Positions 39,248-49,118 of a stretch of DNA of 64,000 nucleotides are shown here, piece by piece (positions within the stretch are counted from its first letter, which is position 1; every line of letters begins with the position of its first letter). A program made the translations under genes and the position numbers. The DNA is from Candidatus Thorarchaeota archaeon (GTDB lineage Archaea; Asgardarchaeota; Thorarchaeia; Thorarchaeales; Thorarchaeaceae), in the NCBI GenBank assembly GCA_048882325.1, contig JBHLRS010000013.1, positions 1 to 64,000 of the forward strand, in the 5' to 3' direction. The notes beneath the pieces were generated by a model. That model saw only the letters and a list, made by a program, of their open reading frames with translations. It did no database searches and was not told where the DNA came from.

Positions 39248-39745
39248 GTGCTGAACCGACGAGGAAGCTTCCTCATACTGATGCTGGCTCTGATGTTTGT
39301 GATCAATTGCACAAGCACAACAGCTGCAGAGTCAGGAAATGAGTACATCCTAGCGGCAGAGGGAATAACGCTCACCATAGACTTTGGGAATGGAACAATA
39401 AGAGAGTACAATGACCTCAATGGATCTACAGTTCTTGAGGTGACATCATCAGTTCTTGATGTAGAAGTTCAATGGTTTGGTCCGTTGGTATATATTCGAG
39501 GAATTGAAGGATTTGTAGGTGAAGGAACAGAAGGGTGGGAATTTTGGGTGAACGGTGAGTTTGCATCAATTGCTGTCAATCTTTATTCCTTAGAAAATGG
39601 TGATTCAATATTGTGGAAATACACAAGTCCTGAACCACAGACGCAATATGATCCCACTTTCATTCCTGGAGTTATCATTGTATCATTATCTGGTCTGGGA
39701 TTCATCGCAATAGTCTATGTTCAAACCTCAAGGAGAATCGTTTAG
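39248..39745 (+). CDS. Membrane-anchored DUF4430 (transcobalamin C-terminal-like) protein
   Basis: Signal peptide, TIDFGNG, YIRGIEG...WEFWVNGE.A..AV....L..GD.I.WKY, C-terminal TM. Confidence 0.75.
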   Translation: MLNRRGSFLILMLALMFVINCTSTTAAESGNEYILAAEGITLTIDFGNGTIREYNDLNGSTVLEVTSSVLDVEVQWFGPLVYIRGIEGFVGEGTEGWEFWVNGEFASIAVNLYSLENGDSILWKYTSPEPQTQYDPTFIPGVIIVSLSGLGFIAIVYVQTSRRIV

Positions 39746-39746
39746 A

Positions 39747-40484
39747 ATGAAGAAAGAGATTGCACTGGCACTAATTATAGCAATATTCATGTTGCCTGTT
39801 AATAGCGTGGCTCAAAACAGCTCCTACTACCCATTCTGGGATTATAGCATAGACTGGGATGTCAGCATAGCGTCTGACTTCACCATGTGGTACACTGAAG
39901 GAGGATACTGTCATGTAGTGAATGATAGTATAATGTCCTTCTCTGTAAACAGTATCGACAACGAAGTCTCTGGAACGTTGGAGATAGGCAATGTCACGGT
40001 AGCCACAAATGACACAATGGTGGCTCTTGATCTGACATTGGGAATCTGGCCATCATGGTTGACCGGCCTTTTTGTAGAAATTGGTCAAGAGAAAATAGAT
40101 AGTCTGAACGAAACTGCATATGCAGCTGCAGAAAGGGTATCTGGAAATTGGATGAATGGTACAATGTCCTCTCGCTATGAAGACATTGTCGTTAATCAAG
40201 AAACGTACAGTTGCATTGTATTTGACTATGAACAAGACCCTCCTGGAACACAGGTGACTCATTTAGCATATTCAACAGCAACGGGATTGCTTGTTGAGGC
40301 TGATACAAGTGTAACATTTGGCAGCACATTTAGGCTTGTTTTTTCATTGCGAGAGGTGAGGACACCTCCACCAGTAGATTTTACCGTGAATCCGCTTCTA
40401 ATGCTCGCTTGGTATGGTATTATTGGCGGGGGAGTACTTGCTGTAATTGTACTAGTATACATCGTTCTGAATAAACGGCAATGA
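39747..40484 (+). CDS. Secreted, C-terminally anchored hypothetical protein
   Basis: Signal peptide, beta-rich body, YSTATGLLVEA, C-terminal TM. Confidence 0.7.
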   Translation: MKKEIALALIIAIFMLPVNSVAQNSSYYPFWDYSIDWDVSIASDFTMWYTEGGYCHVVNDSIMSFSVNSIDNEVSGTLEIGNVTVATNDTMVALDLTLGIWPSWLTGLFVEIGQEKIDSLNETAYAAAERVSGNWMNGTMSSRYEDIVVNQETYSCIVFDYEQDPPGTQVTHLAYSTATGLLVEADTSVTFGSTFRLVFSLREVRTPPPVDFTVNPLLMLAWYGIIGGGVLAVIVLVYIVLNKRQ

Positions 40485-40530
40485 AACTAGAGGTGTAGAC
40501 TGTTTGGGGACTACTAAGGCAGTCAGGCAA

Positions 40531-41106
40531 ATGAAAGATAGTAGGTGGGTTTCCATTGCAGCTATCATGACTGCTCTTGCTTTGGTTGGAAATTACGCAC
40601 TAGTGGCAATTCCTAACTTAGAGTTAGGTTCAACTGTCCTGTTCGTCACAGCATACATCTTTGGTGCACACATGGCTATCTGGGTAACTCTCATTATGTC
40701 CCTCCTGTTTGGAATCATCAATCCGTGGGGAGGATTCATCCCTCAAATCTGGTTATCACAGGTTATCGGGTGGTTTTACATCATCGCTGTGGGATCAATC
40801 ATGGGAAGACAAGGTAGAGATGGGAAAAGCCTAGAACCTCGAAAGTGGGAGTTAGCAATAACTGGAGCTTTTGTCACATTCATCTTTGAGCAAGTAACGA
40901 ACCTAGGATACTCGGCCACATTTGGAGTCCCATTCCTGTTAGCAGTTTCTGCAGCCATTCCCTTCTCTGTTGTTCATATCTTGTCGAATGCCATCATTTT
41001 CTCTCAGGTCGTACCAATGTTGAATAAGGTTCTGAGAGATCAGCTCAAAGACCTTATCTGGAGTGCTGAATCTGGAGTAAGAGTCGAGAAGTTGGAGAGT
41101 GCATGA
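40531..41106 (+). CDS. ECF transporter S component (CbrT/cobalamin-type)
   Basis: AIMTAL...IPNLEL, 6 TM segments, HILSNAIIF. Confidence 0.7.
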   Translation: MKDSRWVSIAAIMTALALVGNYALVAIPNLELGSTVLFVTAYIFGAHMAIWVTLIMSLLFGIINPWGGFIPQIWLSQVIGWFYIIAVGSIMGRQGRDGKSLEPRKWELAITGAFVTFIFEQVTNLGYSATFGVPFLLAVSAAIPFSVVHILSNAIIFSQVVPMLNKVLRDQLKDLIWSAESGVRVEKLESA

Positions 41107-41746
41107 TTTGACATGGAAGGATGAGTTCATCAAACTCTCTGAACCCGCCGACGGACGCGTAGCACCATCGTTCAAGCCGCATCATGCGGCTGTTGGGTTA
41201 ATCATGATAGGGAGAGAACAACCTCTTGGCAGGTATGAACTCTGTGATAAGATGTCAATCGGGGAGGGTAGCGTGAGGACACTTCTGAAGAGGCTTTCAG
41301 ATGCAGATTTCATTGAGCCTGAGGGAAAACAGGGACAGAAGCTAACATCTAAGGGTAAGGAGCTGTTTGATGATGTGTCACATGATGTTCCTATCGGTCT
41401 CATGCTCGATGTTCGTCAGCTCGTGATGTATGAATACGCTTATGCTAATCTTGTACGTGATAGAGCATCTCAGGTGACGGATGGCGTTCGTCAAAGAGAT
41501 GAGGCCATAATTCAGGGAGGCTACGGAAAGGCAGGAGCCACGACCTTGATTCAGCGTAACATTCGCCTTGTCATGCCTCCAGATGACTTTCACATCCTTG
41601 TTGCTTATGAGGCTGAAACACTATTAATTATTGAGAGCCTGCGGCCAAAGAACAATGACGTAGTTGTTATCGGTTCTGCAGACGACCCCAATCTAGCTAG
41701 GGAGGTCTCTATGGCTGCAGTCATGACGCTCTTCGAAGAGGGTTAG
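41099..41746 (+). CDS. wHTH plus DUF4443-type archaeal regulator
   Basis: GRYEL...IGEGSVRTLLKRL, G..LT.KG, QRDEAI..GATTL, DVVVIGSA. Confidence 0.7.
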   Translation: MHDLTWKDEFIKLSEPADGRVAPSFKPHHAAVGLIMIGREQPLGRYELCDKMSIGEGSVRTLLKRLSDADFIEPEGKQGQKLTSKGKELFDDVSHDVPIGLMLDVRQLVMYEYAYANLVRDRASQVTDGVRQRDEAIIQGGYGKAGATTLIQRNIRLVMPPDDFHILVAYEAETLLIIESLRPKNNDVVVIGSADDPNLAREVSMAAVMTLFEEG

Positions 41747-41748
41747 GG

Positions 41749-42585
41749 ATGCAATCGGACCTGTTTGGAAATGTACCGGAGATCGTTATCGACGTCCATG
41801 AAACAGGCGGAAAAGGCAAGAATGCTGTTAAGCATCTTATGGACATGCTCGATAAGGCACAAATCACGTTTTCAGTGCAGAAAATACCAATTGGTGATGT
41901 TCTGGGTATTGATGGTATAGCAATTGAGAGAAAGACCGTCAATGATCTCGTAAATACGCTAAAGGGAAGTGCTGCTGGTGTGCCACGACTCACAAAACAG
42001 CTGGATGCTTTGCTGGAGTACGACAAACCGTATGTCCTCATTGAGAATATACTGGCTATCAGACGAGATCCCGTGAAAGGTTGCATCTACATCCCATTCT
42101 CTACAAAGCAGACCAAAGGCAAACCATATTTTGTGACTATGGAACGTGCCAGCTTTATTCATCCCAACTCTTTAGATGCTTTGATTGAAAGTATCACTGA
42201 TAGAGGTATTGAGGTTCTCAGAGGATTCAATGCTTTACATTCAGCGGGTCTTCTATATGGAGTTCTAGTGGGTGATGATGCTGATAAGAGAAAACAGAAG
42301 GGACAAAGACTTCCTGTCATCCGAACTCGAAAGGGACTTGACTCAATGAATGATGAACAGGAATTCTTTCTGGCTGGTTTTCCTGGTGTAAATGTTGTCC
42401 GTGCTAAGAGCCTTCTAGAGCGTTTTGGATCGCCCCAAGAAGCCATAATGCGGATTGATGACTGGGGGCAAATCCCCGGTATAGGCCCCAAGACTATTGC
42501 CTCGGCTAAAAGGCTACTCTACTCAGATTATGAAATCACTGAGTCAGAACCCGACGAAGGTGAAGAAATGGCTTCTGACTCCTAG
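41749..42585 (+). CDS. xpf: ERCC4/XPF structure-specific nuclease (short, helicase-less form) with (HhH)2
   Basis: VIDVHE, IGD...IERKTVNDL, FPGVNVVRAKSLL, IPGIGPKT. Confidence 0.8.
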   Translation: MQSDLFGNVPEIVIDVHETGGKGKNAVKHLMDMLDKAQITFSVQKIPIGDVLGIDGIAIERKTVNDLVNTLKGSAAGVPRLTKQLDALLEYDKPYVLIENILAIRRDPVKGCIYIPFSTKQTKGKPYFVTMERASFIHPNSLDALIESITDRGIEVLRGFNALHSAGLLYGVLVGDDADKRKQKGQRLPVIRTRKGLDSMNDEQEFFLAGFPGVNVVRAKSLLERFGSPQEAIMRIDDWGQIPGIGPKTIASAKRLLYSDYEITESEPDEGEEMASDS

Positions 42586-42652
42586 GATTGCCAGCTCACA
42601 AGTTTTAAAAGAACTAACTATTCTATGGCTGTAGAATACTCAGAAAGGTGAG

Positions 42653-43747
42653 TTGAAAATGGGAGATGTCCGAATAGCAATCGCAGGACTTGGTAACTGT
42701 GCCTCCGCGCTTATTCAAGGCACACACTACTATAGAAACGCAAAGGCAGATGAGGAAGTACCAGGTTTAATGCATGTTGATTTTGGCGGCTACTTTCCAA
42801 AGGACCTCAAATTTGTTGCAGCCTTTGAAGCAAACAGGAAGAAGATAGGTCTTGATATTGCTGAAGCCATGTGGGTGGAGCCAAACTGTTGTGTTCCATT
42901 CGCTCCTGATGTACCGAAAACAGGTGTCAAGGTACTCCCAGGTCCAATATCGGATGGAGTCGCACCCCACATGAGAGAATCCTTCTTTGCATATGACGAG
43001 AAGGAAATGGAACCTGTGGATGTTGTAGAGGAAATAAAGAAATCAAAGGCAGACCTGCTTGTTTCTTACCTCCCAGTTGGAAGTGCAGAAGGCTCCAGAA
43101 TATACGCACAAGCTGCACTGGAAGCCGAGATAGGTTATATCAACGCAATCCCAGAGTTCATTGTATCAGATCCTAAATCACCAATAGCTCAGGCCTTCGA
43201 GAAGAAAGGAATTCCGTGTGCTGGTGATGACATTAAGAGCCAACTTGGTGCAACAATCTTGCATCGCGTTCTAGCCCAGCTTTTCGACAAGAGAGGACTG
43301 ATTCTTGAAAATACGTATCAGCTCAACATTGGGGGGAATACTGATTTTGAAAATATGCAGGTTGAAAATCGGTTGAGTTCAAAGAGAATCAGCAAGACTG
43401 AAGCAGTCACAAGTTGTGTCGATTATGAGCTGCCCACAAAGATTGGTCCTAGTGACTACGTACCGTTTCTTGATGACAACAAGGTCTGCTACATCAGCAT
43501 GAGGTCTAGAGCGTTTGGAGACCTACCTATAGACCTTGATCTAAAACTCTCAGTTCAAGACTCGCCCAACAGCGGTGGTGTAATCATTGATGTTGCTCGA
43601 GCTGTCAAGATTGCTCTAGATAGAGGGATTGGAGGAGAACTCTCAAGCATTAGCTCCTACAGCTTCAAACACCCTCGATATCAGATTGATGACTTCGAAG
43701 CAAGAAAGCGAGTTGACGAATTCATAGAAGGAAAACGCGAGAGGTAG
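42653..43747 (+). CDS. ino1: Myo-inositol-1-phosphate synthase
   Basis: GLGNCASALIQG, YLPVGS, GDDIKSQLGAT, YQLNIGGNTDF, IGPSDYV, DSPNSGG, FKHP. Confidence 0.95.
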   Translation: MKMGDVRIAIAGLGNCASALIQGTHYYRNAKADEEVPGLMHVDFGGYFPKDLKFVAAFEANRKKIGLDIAEAMWVEPNCCVPFAPDVPKTGVKVLPGPISDGVAPHMRESFFAYDEKEMEPVDVVEEIKKSKADLLVSYLPVGSAEGSRIYAQAALEAEIGYINAIPEFIVSDPKSPIAQAFEKKGIPCAGDDIKSQLGATILHRVLAQLFDKRGLILENTYQLNIGGNTDFENMQVENRLSSKRISKTEAVTSCVDYELPTKIGPSDYVPFLDDNKVCYISMRSRAFGDLPIDLDLKLSVQDSPNSGGVIIDVARAVKIALDRGIGGELSSISSYSFKHPRYQIDDFEARKRVDEFIEGKRER

Positions 43748-43766
43748 TTTTCAAAAAGAATGAGAG

Positions 43767-43791
43767 TCAGCCTAGTAGATTGCTAGGCTGA
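43767..43791. terminator. Hairpin between convergent ino1 and M42 genes (possible bidirectional terminator)
   Basis: TCAGCCTAG-TAGATTG-CTAGGCTGA perfect 9-bp inverted repeat. Confidence 0.45.
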
Positions 43792-43802
43792 TCTATTCTC
43801 AC

Positions 43803-44954
43803 TCAGATTTCGGTGAAACTCTTAACGGTTGACTCATCCAGTCTTTGCAGAACTTCTACGAGGAGCTGGACAGCTGCCTCTACATCGCCAAGGTCAAGCA
43901 TCCCATTGTGAGAGTGAATATATCGAGTGGGAATTCCAAGGTACAGTGATGGTGCACCCATACCAGCAAGATGGATCTGACCAGCATCAGTTCCACCAAG
44001 CATTAGAAGCGAGTATTGATGCTGAATTTTCTTCTCTTCTGCGACCCTCAGGACAAACCTACGTAGCTTTGGGTTTGGTATCATTGACGCGTCTCCACCT
44101 GAGATTGCCACTCCTTTACCCATCTTTTGAGCTAGTTGGTCGGCACCAGGTGAATCACCAGATATGTCAACATCCACAGCAAATCCAATGTCTGGCAGAA
44201 CCGTCTGAGCAGAGGTCTTTGCACCGCGTAGTCCAACCTCCTCCTGGACTGTAGACACAAAATAGACTGTGTTTGGTAGTGAGATGTTCTTTTCGGATAT
44301 CCTCCGAAGTACTTCAAGAACAACAAAGACACCAATTCTGTCGTCAAAAGCCTTAGCAATTGCTAGGGTGACCTCCCGCTCCTTCTCCTTCGCATCTTTG
44401 TCATCCTCGTCTTTCTTCTCTTTTCGAGTTCTCTTAATAGTGCGAAAGTCTGAACGTGGAACTGCAGGGTCACCAACTCGTATTCCAAGTTTTTTGACTT
44501 CCTCAGCAGATGAACATCCGATGTCGATGTACATCTTCTCTTTAGTAACGACCTTACTCCGCATCTCAGGGGTTAGTAAATGGGGAGGTGGTGCACCGAT
44601 AACACCGATGATCTTCTCATCGCCCTCAGAAGGTCGGATGACGACCTCTTGTGTTAGAAGAGTTTGGTCCCACCAACCGCCTAGCTGATGAAATGTGAGG
44701 TACCCATACTTCTTGATGTTGGTGATGATGAATCCGATCTCATCAACATGCCCTGCTATCATTACTTTAGGTCCACCATCGCCTTTCTTGAAGATGAGCG
44801 ATCCTATGCCATCTTGGAGTACTTCGACACCGTACTTCTTAGCGTACTCAAGTGCTACTTTCTGAGCCTCCTCCTCATGACCACTTGGTCCGAATGCATT
44901 ACAAAGGTCTTCAAGTAGCTTCAAATCAAGATTCAATTCAGTCATGAAACTCAC
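43803..44954 (-). CDS. M42 (TET) aminopeptidase
   Basis: GPSGHE, AGHVDEIG, KAFDDRIG, QEEVGLRGA, GGTDAG, RYIHS. Confidence 0.93.
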   Translation of the reverse strand: MSFMTELNLDLKLLEDLCNAFGPSGHEEEAQKVALEYAKKYGVEVLQDGIGSLIFKKGDGGPKVMIAGHVDEIGFIITNIKKYGYLTFHQLGGWWDQTLLTQEVVIRPSEGDEKIIGVIGAPPPHLLTPEMRSKVVTKEKMYIDIGCSSAEEVKKLGIRVGDPAVPRSDFRTIKRTRKEKKDEDDKDAKEKEREVTLAIAKAFDDRIGVFVVLEVLRRISEKNISLPNTVYFVSTVQEEVGLRGAKTSAQTVLPDIGFAVDVDISGDSPGADQLAQKMGKGVAISGGDASMIPNPKLRRFVLRVAEEKKIQHQYSLLMLGGTDAGQIHLAGMGAPSLYLGIPTRYIHSHNGMLDLGDVEAAVQLLVEVLQRLDESTVKSFTEI

Positions 44955-45034
44955 TTCATTTCCCTTGGGAACTTGTTTGGTGCGAAATATTACCCTCTTT
45001 AGTGGTTTTGGTTATAGCAGATTCTAGAATGTGA

Positions 45035-45577
45035 TTAAGAAATTGCTAGCGAATTCTTCGCAAGCATGTTGAATGCCTCTTCGACGTTCTGACCATTCAG
45101 TGCGCTTGTTTCTAGATATCCGGTGAGATTATGCTCTCGGGTAAACTGTTCACCCATCTCACGAGTAATCACCCTATGTTCGATGAGGTCCACTTTGTTT
45201 GCTAGAAGAATAATCGGAATCCTTTCGCCTAAAGCATCTTCAGTTTCCTTAATCCACTTTGGTAGTTCTAACCATGTACTCTTTCGGGTTGTATCGTACA
45301 CAAGTAAAGCCCCTTTAGATCCTCGATAATAACTACCACGAATGAAATCGAATCTCTGCTGTCCAGCAAGGTCCCAAACCAAAAGTTTCACAACCACATT
45401 ACGACCGTTCGCAGCTTCTACTTCTACCGTCTTGACTGCAAATTGTGAACCAATGGTCACGATATACTCTTCAGAGAACTTGTGTGTGAGAAATCTGTTG
45501 ACTAGGGCAGTCTTTCCACTACCGCCAGCGCCAATCATGACGACCTTACGCATGTAGTCAAAGCCACCGCTACTCAA
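45035..45577 (-). CDS. Rab-like small GTPase (no C-terminal prenylation motif)
   Basis: GAGGSGKT, TIGSQF, WDLAGQQRF, YYRGSKGALLVYD, NKVD, ETSA. Confidence 0.9.
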   Translation of the reverse strand: MSSGGFDYMRKVVMIGAGGSGKTALVNRFLTHKFSEEYIVTIGSQFAVKTVEVEAANGRNVVVKLLVWDLAGQQRFDFIRGSYYRGSKGALLVYDTTRKSTWLELPKWIKETEDALGERIPIILLANKVDLIEHRVITREMGEQFTREHNLTGYLETSALNGQNVEEAFNMLAKNSLAIS

Positions 45578-45696
45578 GTACTCACCTTTCTGCTCAATTA
45601 TCGGGACTCACATAGGTGTGTCTAAAGCTTCCACCCGCAGGATTCCTCATGCGAAGTTAGTTTCACCATATTTAGCCTTTTATGGGTCGAATGTCC

Positions 45697-45717
45697 ACGA
45701 GTGAAAGTCTCACTCGT
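45697..45717. promoter_or_regulatory. Palindromic candidate operator in the divergent Rab / RHH promoter region
   Basis: ACGAGTGA-AAGTC-TCACTCGT. Confidence 0.4.
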
Positions 45718-45808
45718 CGTTTCATTAAAGATGGCGCGAAGCACTTCTGGTTTGGTATCGACTTATATCCGGTAATACCCGGTTAACACCTGACGCGAGG
45801 GATCACGT

Positions 45809-45985
45809 GTGCAACTTGTGACCGTAAAAATGAGCGATATTTATGTGAAGGGACTTGACAAGTTAGTGGACATCGGTATGTACCCGTCCAGAAGCGAGGC
45901 TATCAGAGTAGCAATCAGAGATCTACTGCGGAGAGAGTTGTGGCCAGCAGATGGAAGTCCCATCAACATGGATGAGAGCAAATAA
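45809..45985 (+). CDS. Ribbon-helix-helix regulator, CdrS/CopG-like (58 aa, absent from the ORF track)
   Basis: GTG start; MQLVTVKMSDIYVKGLDKLVDIGMYPSRSEAIRVAIRDLLRRELW... Confidence 0.88.
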   Translation: MQLVTVKMSDIYVKGLDKLVDIGMYPSRSEAIRVAIRDLLRRELWPADGSPINMDESK

Positions 45986-46054
45986 CACGGAATTTGTGCC
46001 CACAAGACACATTAAGCCTATTGAGATGAGTGAGTCGTTACTTGCGTCTACAGC

Positions 46055-46582
46055 ATGGAGGACAAGTGTTTGAACTTCAGGGTATTCTTCAAGAGTGTCA
46101 AATTCGCATATCGAGCTAGGATTCGAGTTTTGGCATTCATTTTGATTTACGCAATATTGTACATAATTGTAGCAAAAGGTCTGACGAACAATCCAGGAGA
46201 TTTGTCGTATGTAGGTCTTGCCTTCATCGTGGCAACAATATACGCAATTTTGGTTTCACAATTCAGAAGACGAGACATTTCTATCTTCAAATGTATCGGA
46301 TGGGATAATTCGAATGTTATGCTTTTAGTGATGGGAGAAGTCATTCTTGTTTCATTCACTGCTTTTCTCCTAGTCTTCCAAGTGAGTGTGGAGATTCTTG
46401 GTCTATTTGCGTATTTCCTGGGAGTCACAGAAGTCACTGGATTGTGGGATCTTGTATATGTTGATTTGATATCCATGTTTGTAACACTGTTCTGGATAAT
46501 CATCGCGCAGATACCAGGACTTCTATTGTCCATGTGGAGAGCAACTCAAGTCCCACCAATGAGGGCACTTAGGGAGGAATGA
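46055..46582 (+). CDS. Short FtsX/MacB-type ABC permease
   Basis: RRRDISIFKCIGW, RATQVPPMRALREE. Confidence 0.8.
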   Translation: MEDKCLNFRVFFKSVKFAYRARIRVLAFILIYAILYIIVAKGLTNNPGDLSYVGLAFIVATIYAILVSQFRRRDISIFKCIGWDNSNVMLLVMGEVILVSFTAFLLVFQVSVEILGLFAYFLGVTEVTGLWDLVYVDLISMFVTLFWIIIAQIPGLLLSMWRATQVPPMRALREE

Positions 46583-46585
46583 GAT

Positions 46586-47263
46586 ATGGTTGGACCAATA
46601 ATTCAACTCGAAGATGTCAATAAAGAATTTGGCAAGGGAAAGAACACCGTAGCAGCGCTGAAAGATGTTGATTTGCAGATTGAAGCTGGTGACTTTGTGG
46701 CCGTACTAGGTCCCAGTGGTTGTGGAAAGTCAACACTGCTCCACGTGATGTCAGGTCTTGAAGCACCATCATCTGGTAGAGTCCTTGTGGATGCGGTTGA
46801 TGTCACATTGATAAGCGAACGGGATATGCCTAAGGTTCGAGCGCAGAAGATTGGCTTTGTGTTTCAGTCATTCTTGCTTGTTGACCATCTGACAGCATAT
46901 GAGAACATCGAATCTGTTCTCTGGCCTAGAAATGATATAACTAAGACAGAACAAGAGGAAAGAACTCTAGCAGTCCTCCGTGAAGTTGATATGCTCGAGA
47001 GGAGAGACCACTTTCCAAAACAGCTGTCTGGTGGGGAACAACAGAGAGTAGCTATTGGTAGAGCACTTGTGAACAATCCACCGATCCTATTTTGTGATGA
47101 ACCCACCGGGAACCTCGACTCGAGAACAGGTGAGAATATTCTCAAGATCATCGCTCAGCTGAATCGGGAGAGGAGGATGACTGTTGTTCTTGTGACGCAC
47201 AACCATGACATTGCCAAATTTGCTAAGAGAACGCTCAATATGAAAGATGGTGTCATCAGATAG
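46586..47263 (+). CDS. ABC transporter ATP-binding protein (LolD/MacB type)
   Basis: [31 protein letters not shown]. Confidence 0.93.
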   Translation: MVGPIIQLEDVNKEFGKGKNTVAALKDVDLQIEAGDFVAVLGPSGCGKSTLLHVMSGLEAPSSGRVLVDAVDVTLISERDMPKVRAQKIGFVFQSFLLVDHLTAYENIESVLWPRNDITKTEQEERTLAVLREVDMLERRDHFPKQLSGGEQQRVAIGRALVNNPPILFCDEPTGNLDSRTGENILKIIAQLNRERRMTVVLVTHNHDIAKFAKRTLNMKDGVIR

Positions 47264-47295
47264 TCACTTACCAGAATCACGGGGTCTTGATATTC

Positions 47296-48129
47296 ATGGG
47301 TCAGTCAGAGTGCCAAAAATTGGAGGAACTGGCTGAGGAAAAAGCGGACTCTGGAAAGAACAAGGAGGCAATGACTCTCTTTCGGAAAGCAGGGGACTGT
47401 TGGAAGAACTGGGAGTCATACTCAAAATCTGCACAATCGTATGAGCGTGCGTATGAACATGGTATGCTAGCTCAGAATTATTGGGATGCTGCCCTTGTGA
47501 TGAAGAAAGCTGGTGCTTCGTGGATAAAGCATGGCGAACATGAAAAGTTCGAGATTGACTGTCAGATTGCGGCACAGGCATATGTGTCTGCGGCTGAGGA
47601 GAAGAAAGATCCATATCTCCTTCTTGATGGAGCTTTCTGTGCCATCACAGGAGGAGACCTTGAGCTATCTAGACAATTGATTGATGCAGTTATTCAAATC
47701 ACAAAAGGAGAAGTCACAGGCTTTATCGACCTCGCCCTGATGCTTACTGAGTATCGTTTCGGTGATGCAAACAAGTTAATGGAAACAGTCTTAGCTGCTG
47801 AAATTGATAGAACTGAACTCAATAAACTCAGACAGTCTTTTGAGCTGGTTCTTGCGGGCTTTATCCGGACCTCACTTGAGTCTGAAGCAGCAGTAACGCT
47901 TGCAAGTCTTGAAGAGAGCACAGGTCTGGAAAAAAACCAACTGAAGAGGTTGATTGTTAGGTTAATCGAAAATGGGTACATTCCTGCCTATCTTGACGAA
48001 ATTTCTGAAGAGCTAGTTGTTGACGCTGATAGATTCGATGTTTCATCACTGGAAACGAGGAAGAGACCCATTCTAAGTAGGGATCTAGAGGACCCTGGTG
48101 CTTGGGACATTGACCTTGATGAGGAGTGA
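47296..48129 (+). CDS. Alpha-SNAP/TPR-like solenoid with C-terminal PCI-like winged helix
   Basis: [26 protein letters not shown]; [12 protein letters not shown]....[27 protein letters not shown]. Confidence 0.6.
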   Translation: MGQSECQKLEELAEEKADSGKNKEAMTLFRKAGDCWKNWESYSKSAQSYERAYEHGMLAQNYWDAALVMKKAGASWIKHGEHEKFEIDCQIAAQAYVSAAEEKKDPYLLLDGAFCAITGGDLELSRQLIDAVIQITKGEVTGFIDLALMLTEYRFGDANKLMETVLAAEIDRTELNKLRQSFELVLAGFIRTSLESEAAVTLASLEESTGLEKNQLKRLIVRLIENGYIPAYLDEISEELVVDADRFDVSSLETRKRPILSRDLEDPGAWDIDLDEE

Positions 48130-48233
48130 TTGAGTGGATTTGCTGACTCTTTATAGGGCCCCTAGAAAACGTTTTTAGTACCATTGCTGACACTCACAAT
48201 TGCCTGCTCACTTATTGATAGGTGATAGTACAA

Positions 48234-48449
48234 ATGGCTGAAGGGCTGAAATGGATGCAGTGTCCTGTTTGTAAGGAATCAATCTACTGGGAGGTTCCTA
48301 AGGACAGTTTGAAGAATGTCAAGCGGTTTCCAGCCCCTGTCGTTGTCAAGCATAAAGACCACTATCTTATCTGCTACTTGGATAGCCATCAACAACTGGC
48401 TGATACCGAAATTGGAATTGCCTGTGTTGATGGTAAGGAGAAGAAGTGA
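48234..48449 (+). CDS. Small putative Zn-binding protein
   Basis: CPVC...HKDH. Confidence 0.65.
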   Translation: MAEGLKWMQCPVCKESIYWEVPKDSLKNVKRFPAPVVVKHKDHYLICYLDSHQQLADTEIGIACVDGKEKK

Positions 48450-48460
48450 TCCGCGTTCAT

Positions 48461-49009
48461 TCACTCAATCCCATTGTCCATAGCCCATTCGAGGACGCGT
48501 GCGGCTTGAGCACTTGCCATACCCCACGATCGAAGATTGAGAATCAAATTTCTTATACCTGCTATCCAATCATCAAGAAGGTCCTTGATCCTCTGATGGA
48601 TGACGGGATCGGTGTCTTGCTTATAGATTGGAAGAATCATATCTACCAGACTCTGGGAGAGAACCAATATGGTTTCCAAACGAGCAATCCATTCCTCTCT
48701 GGGCAGACCAGACAAGGTCTGAGCTACTGCAAGATGGTAGTCATATTGGGCGGTGAAATATCTAAGACGCCAGCTTAGTACTTCTACAAGTAGTGTCTTA
48801 TGAGCTGTACTTGGAGCTGTCTTGATAAGCAAACTTAGGAACCGTTGGGTCATCTCGTCAGCTGATTGGCTTGCGTCATAATACAGCGCCATAGCTTGCT
48901 GATATTCCTCGTTAGTTAGACATTCGTTAGCGCGGCCAACTGCGTGCTTGAAGCGGTCAAGCAGTGCCTTTGTGGTTGCGCCTTCAACGTCTTCCAACTG
49001 GATATTCAC
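48461..49009 (-). CDS. Hypothetical all-helical protein
   Basis: 182-aa ORF with amphipathic helices; N-terminus loosely MIT-like. Confidence 0.6.
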   Translation of the reverse strand: MNIQLEDVEGATTKALLDRFKHAVGRANECLTNEEYQQAMALYYDASQSADEMTQRFLSLLIKTAPSTAHKTLLVEVLSWRLRYFTAQYDYHLAVAQTLSGLPREEWIARLETILVLSQSLVDMILPIYKQDTDPVIHQRIKDLLDDWIAGIRNLILNLRSWGMASAQAARVLEWAMDNGIE

Positions 49010-49118
49010 CTTGTCATTTTTCCGATTCTGTTGACCTGAGGTATATGTAATGGAGGGCCCTCTTGGTCTTTCCGACGGACGAGATTGCCTATAATTCTAA
49101 TAAGATGTTTTGCTGTTT

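Noticed and set aside
45765-45805. TPP riboswitch-like words (GGTAATACC, ACCTGA, GCGAGGGA)
   Set aside because: Wrong order, no CUGAGA, and no thiamine gene downstream.
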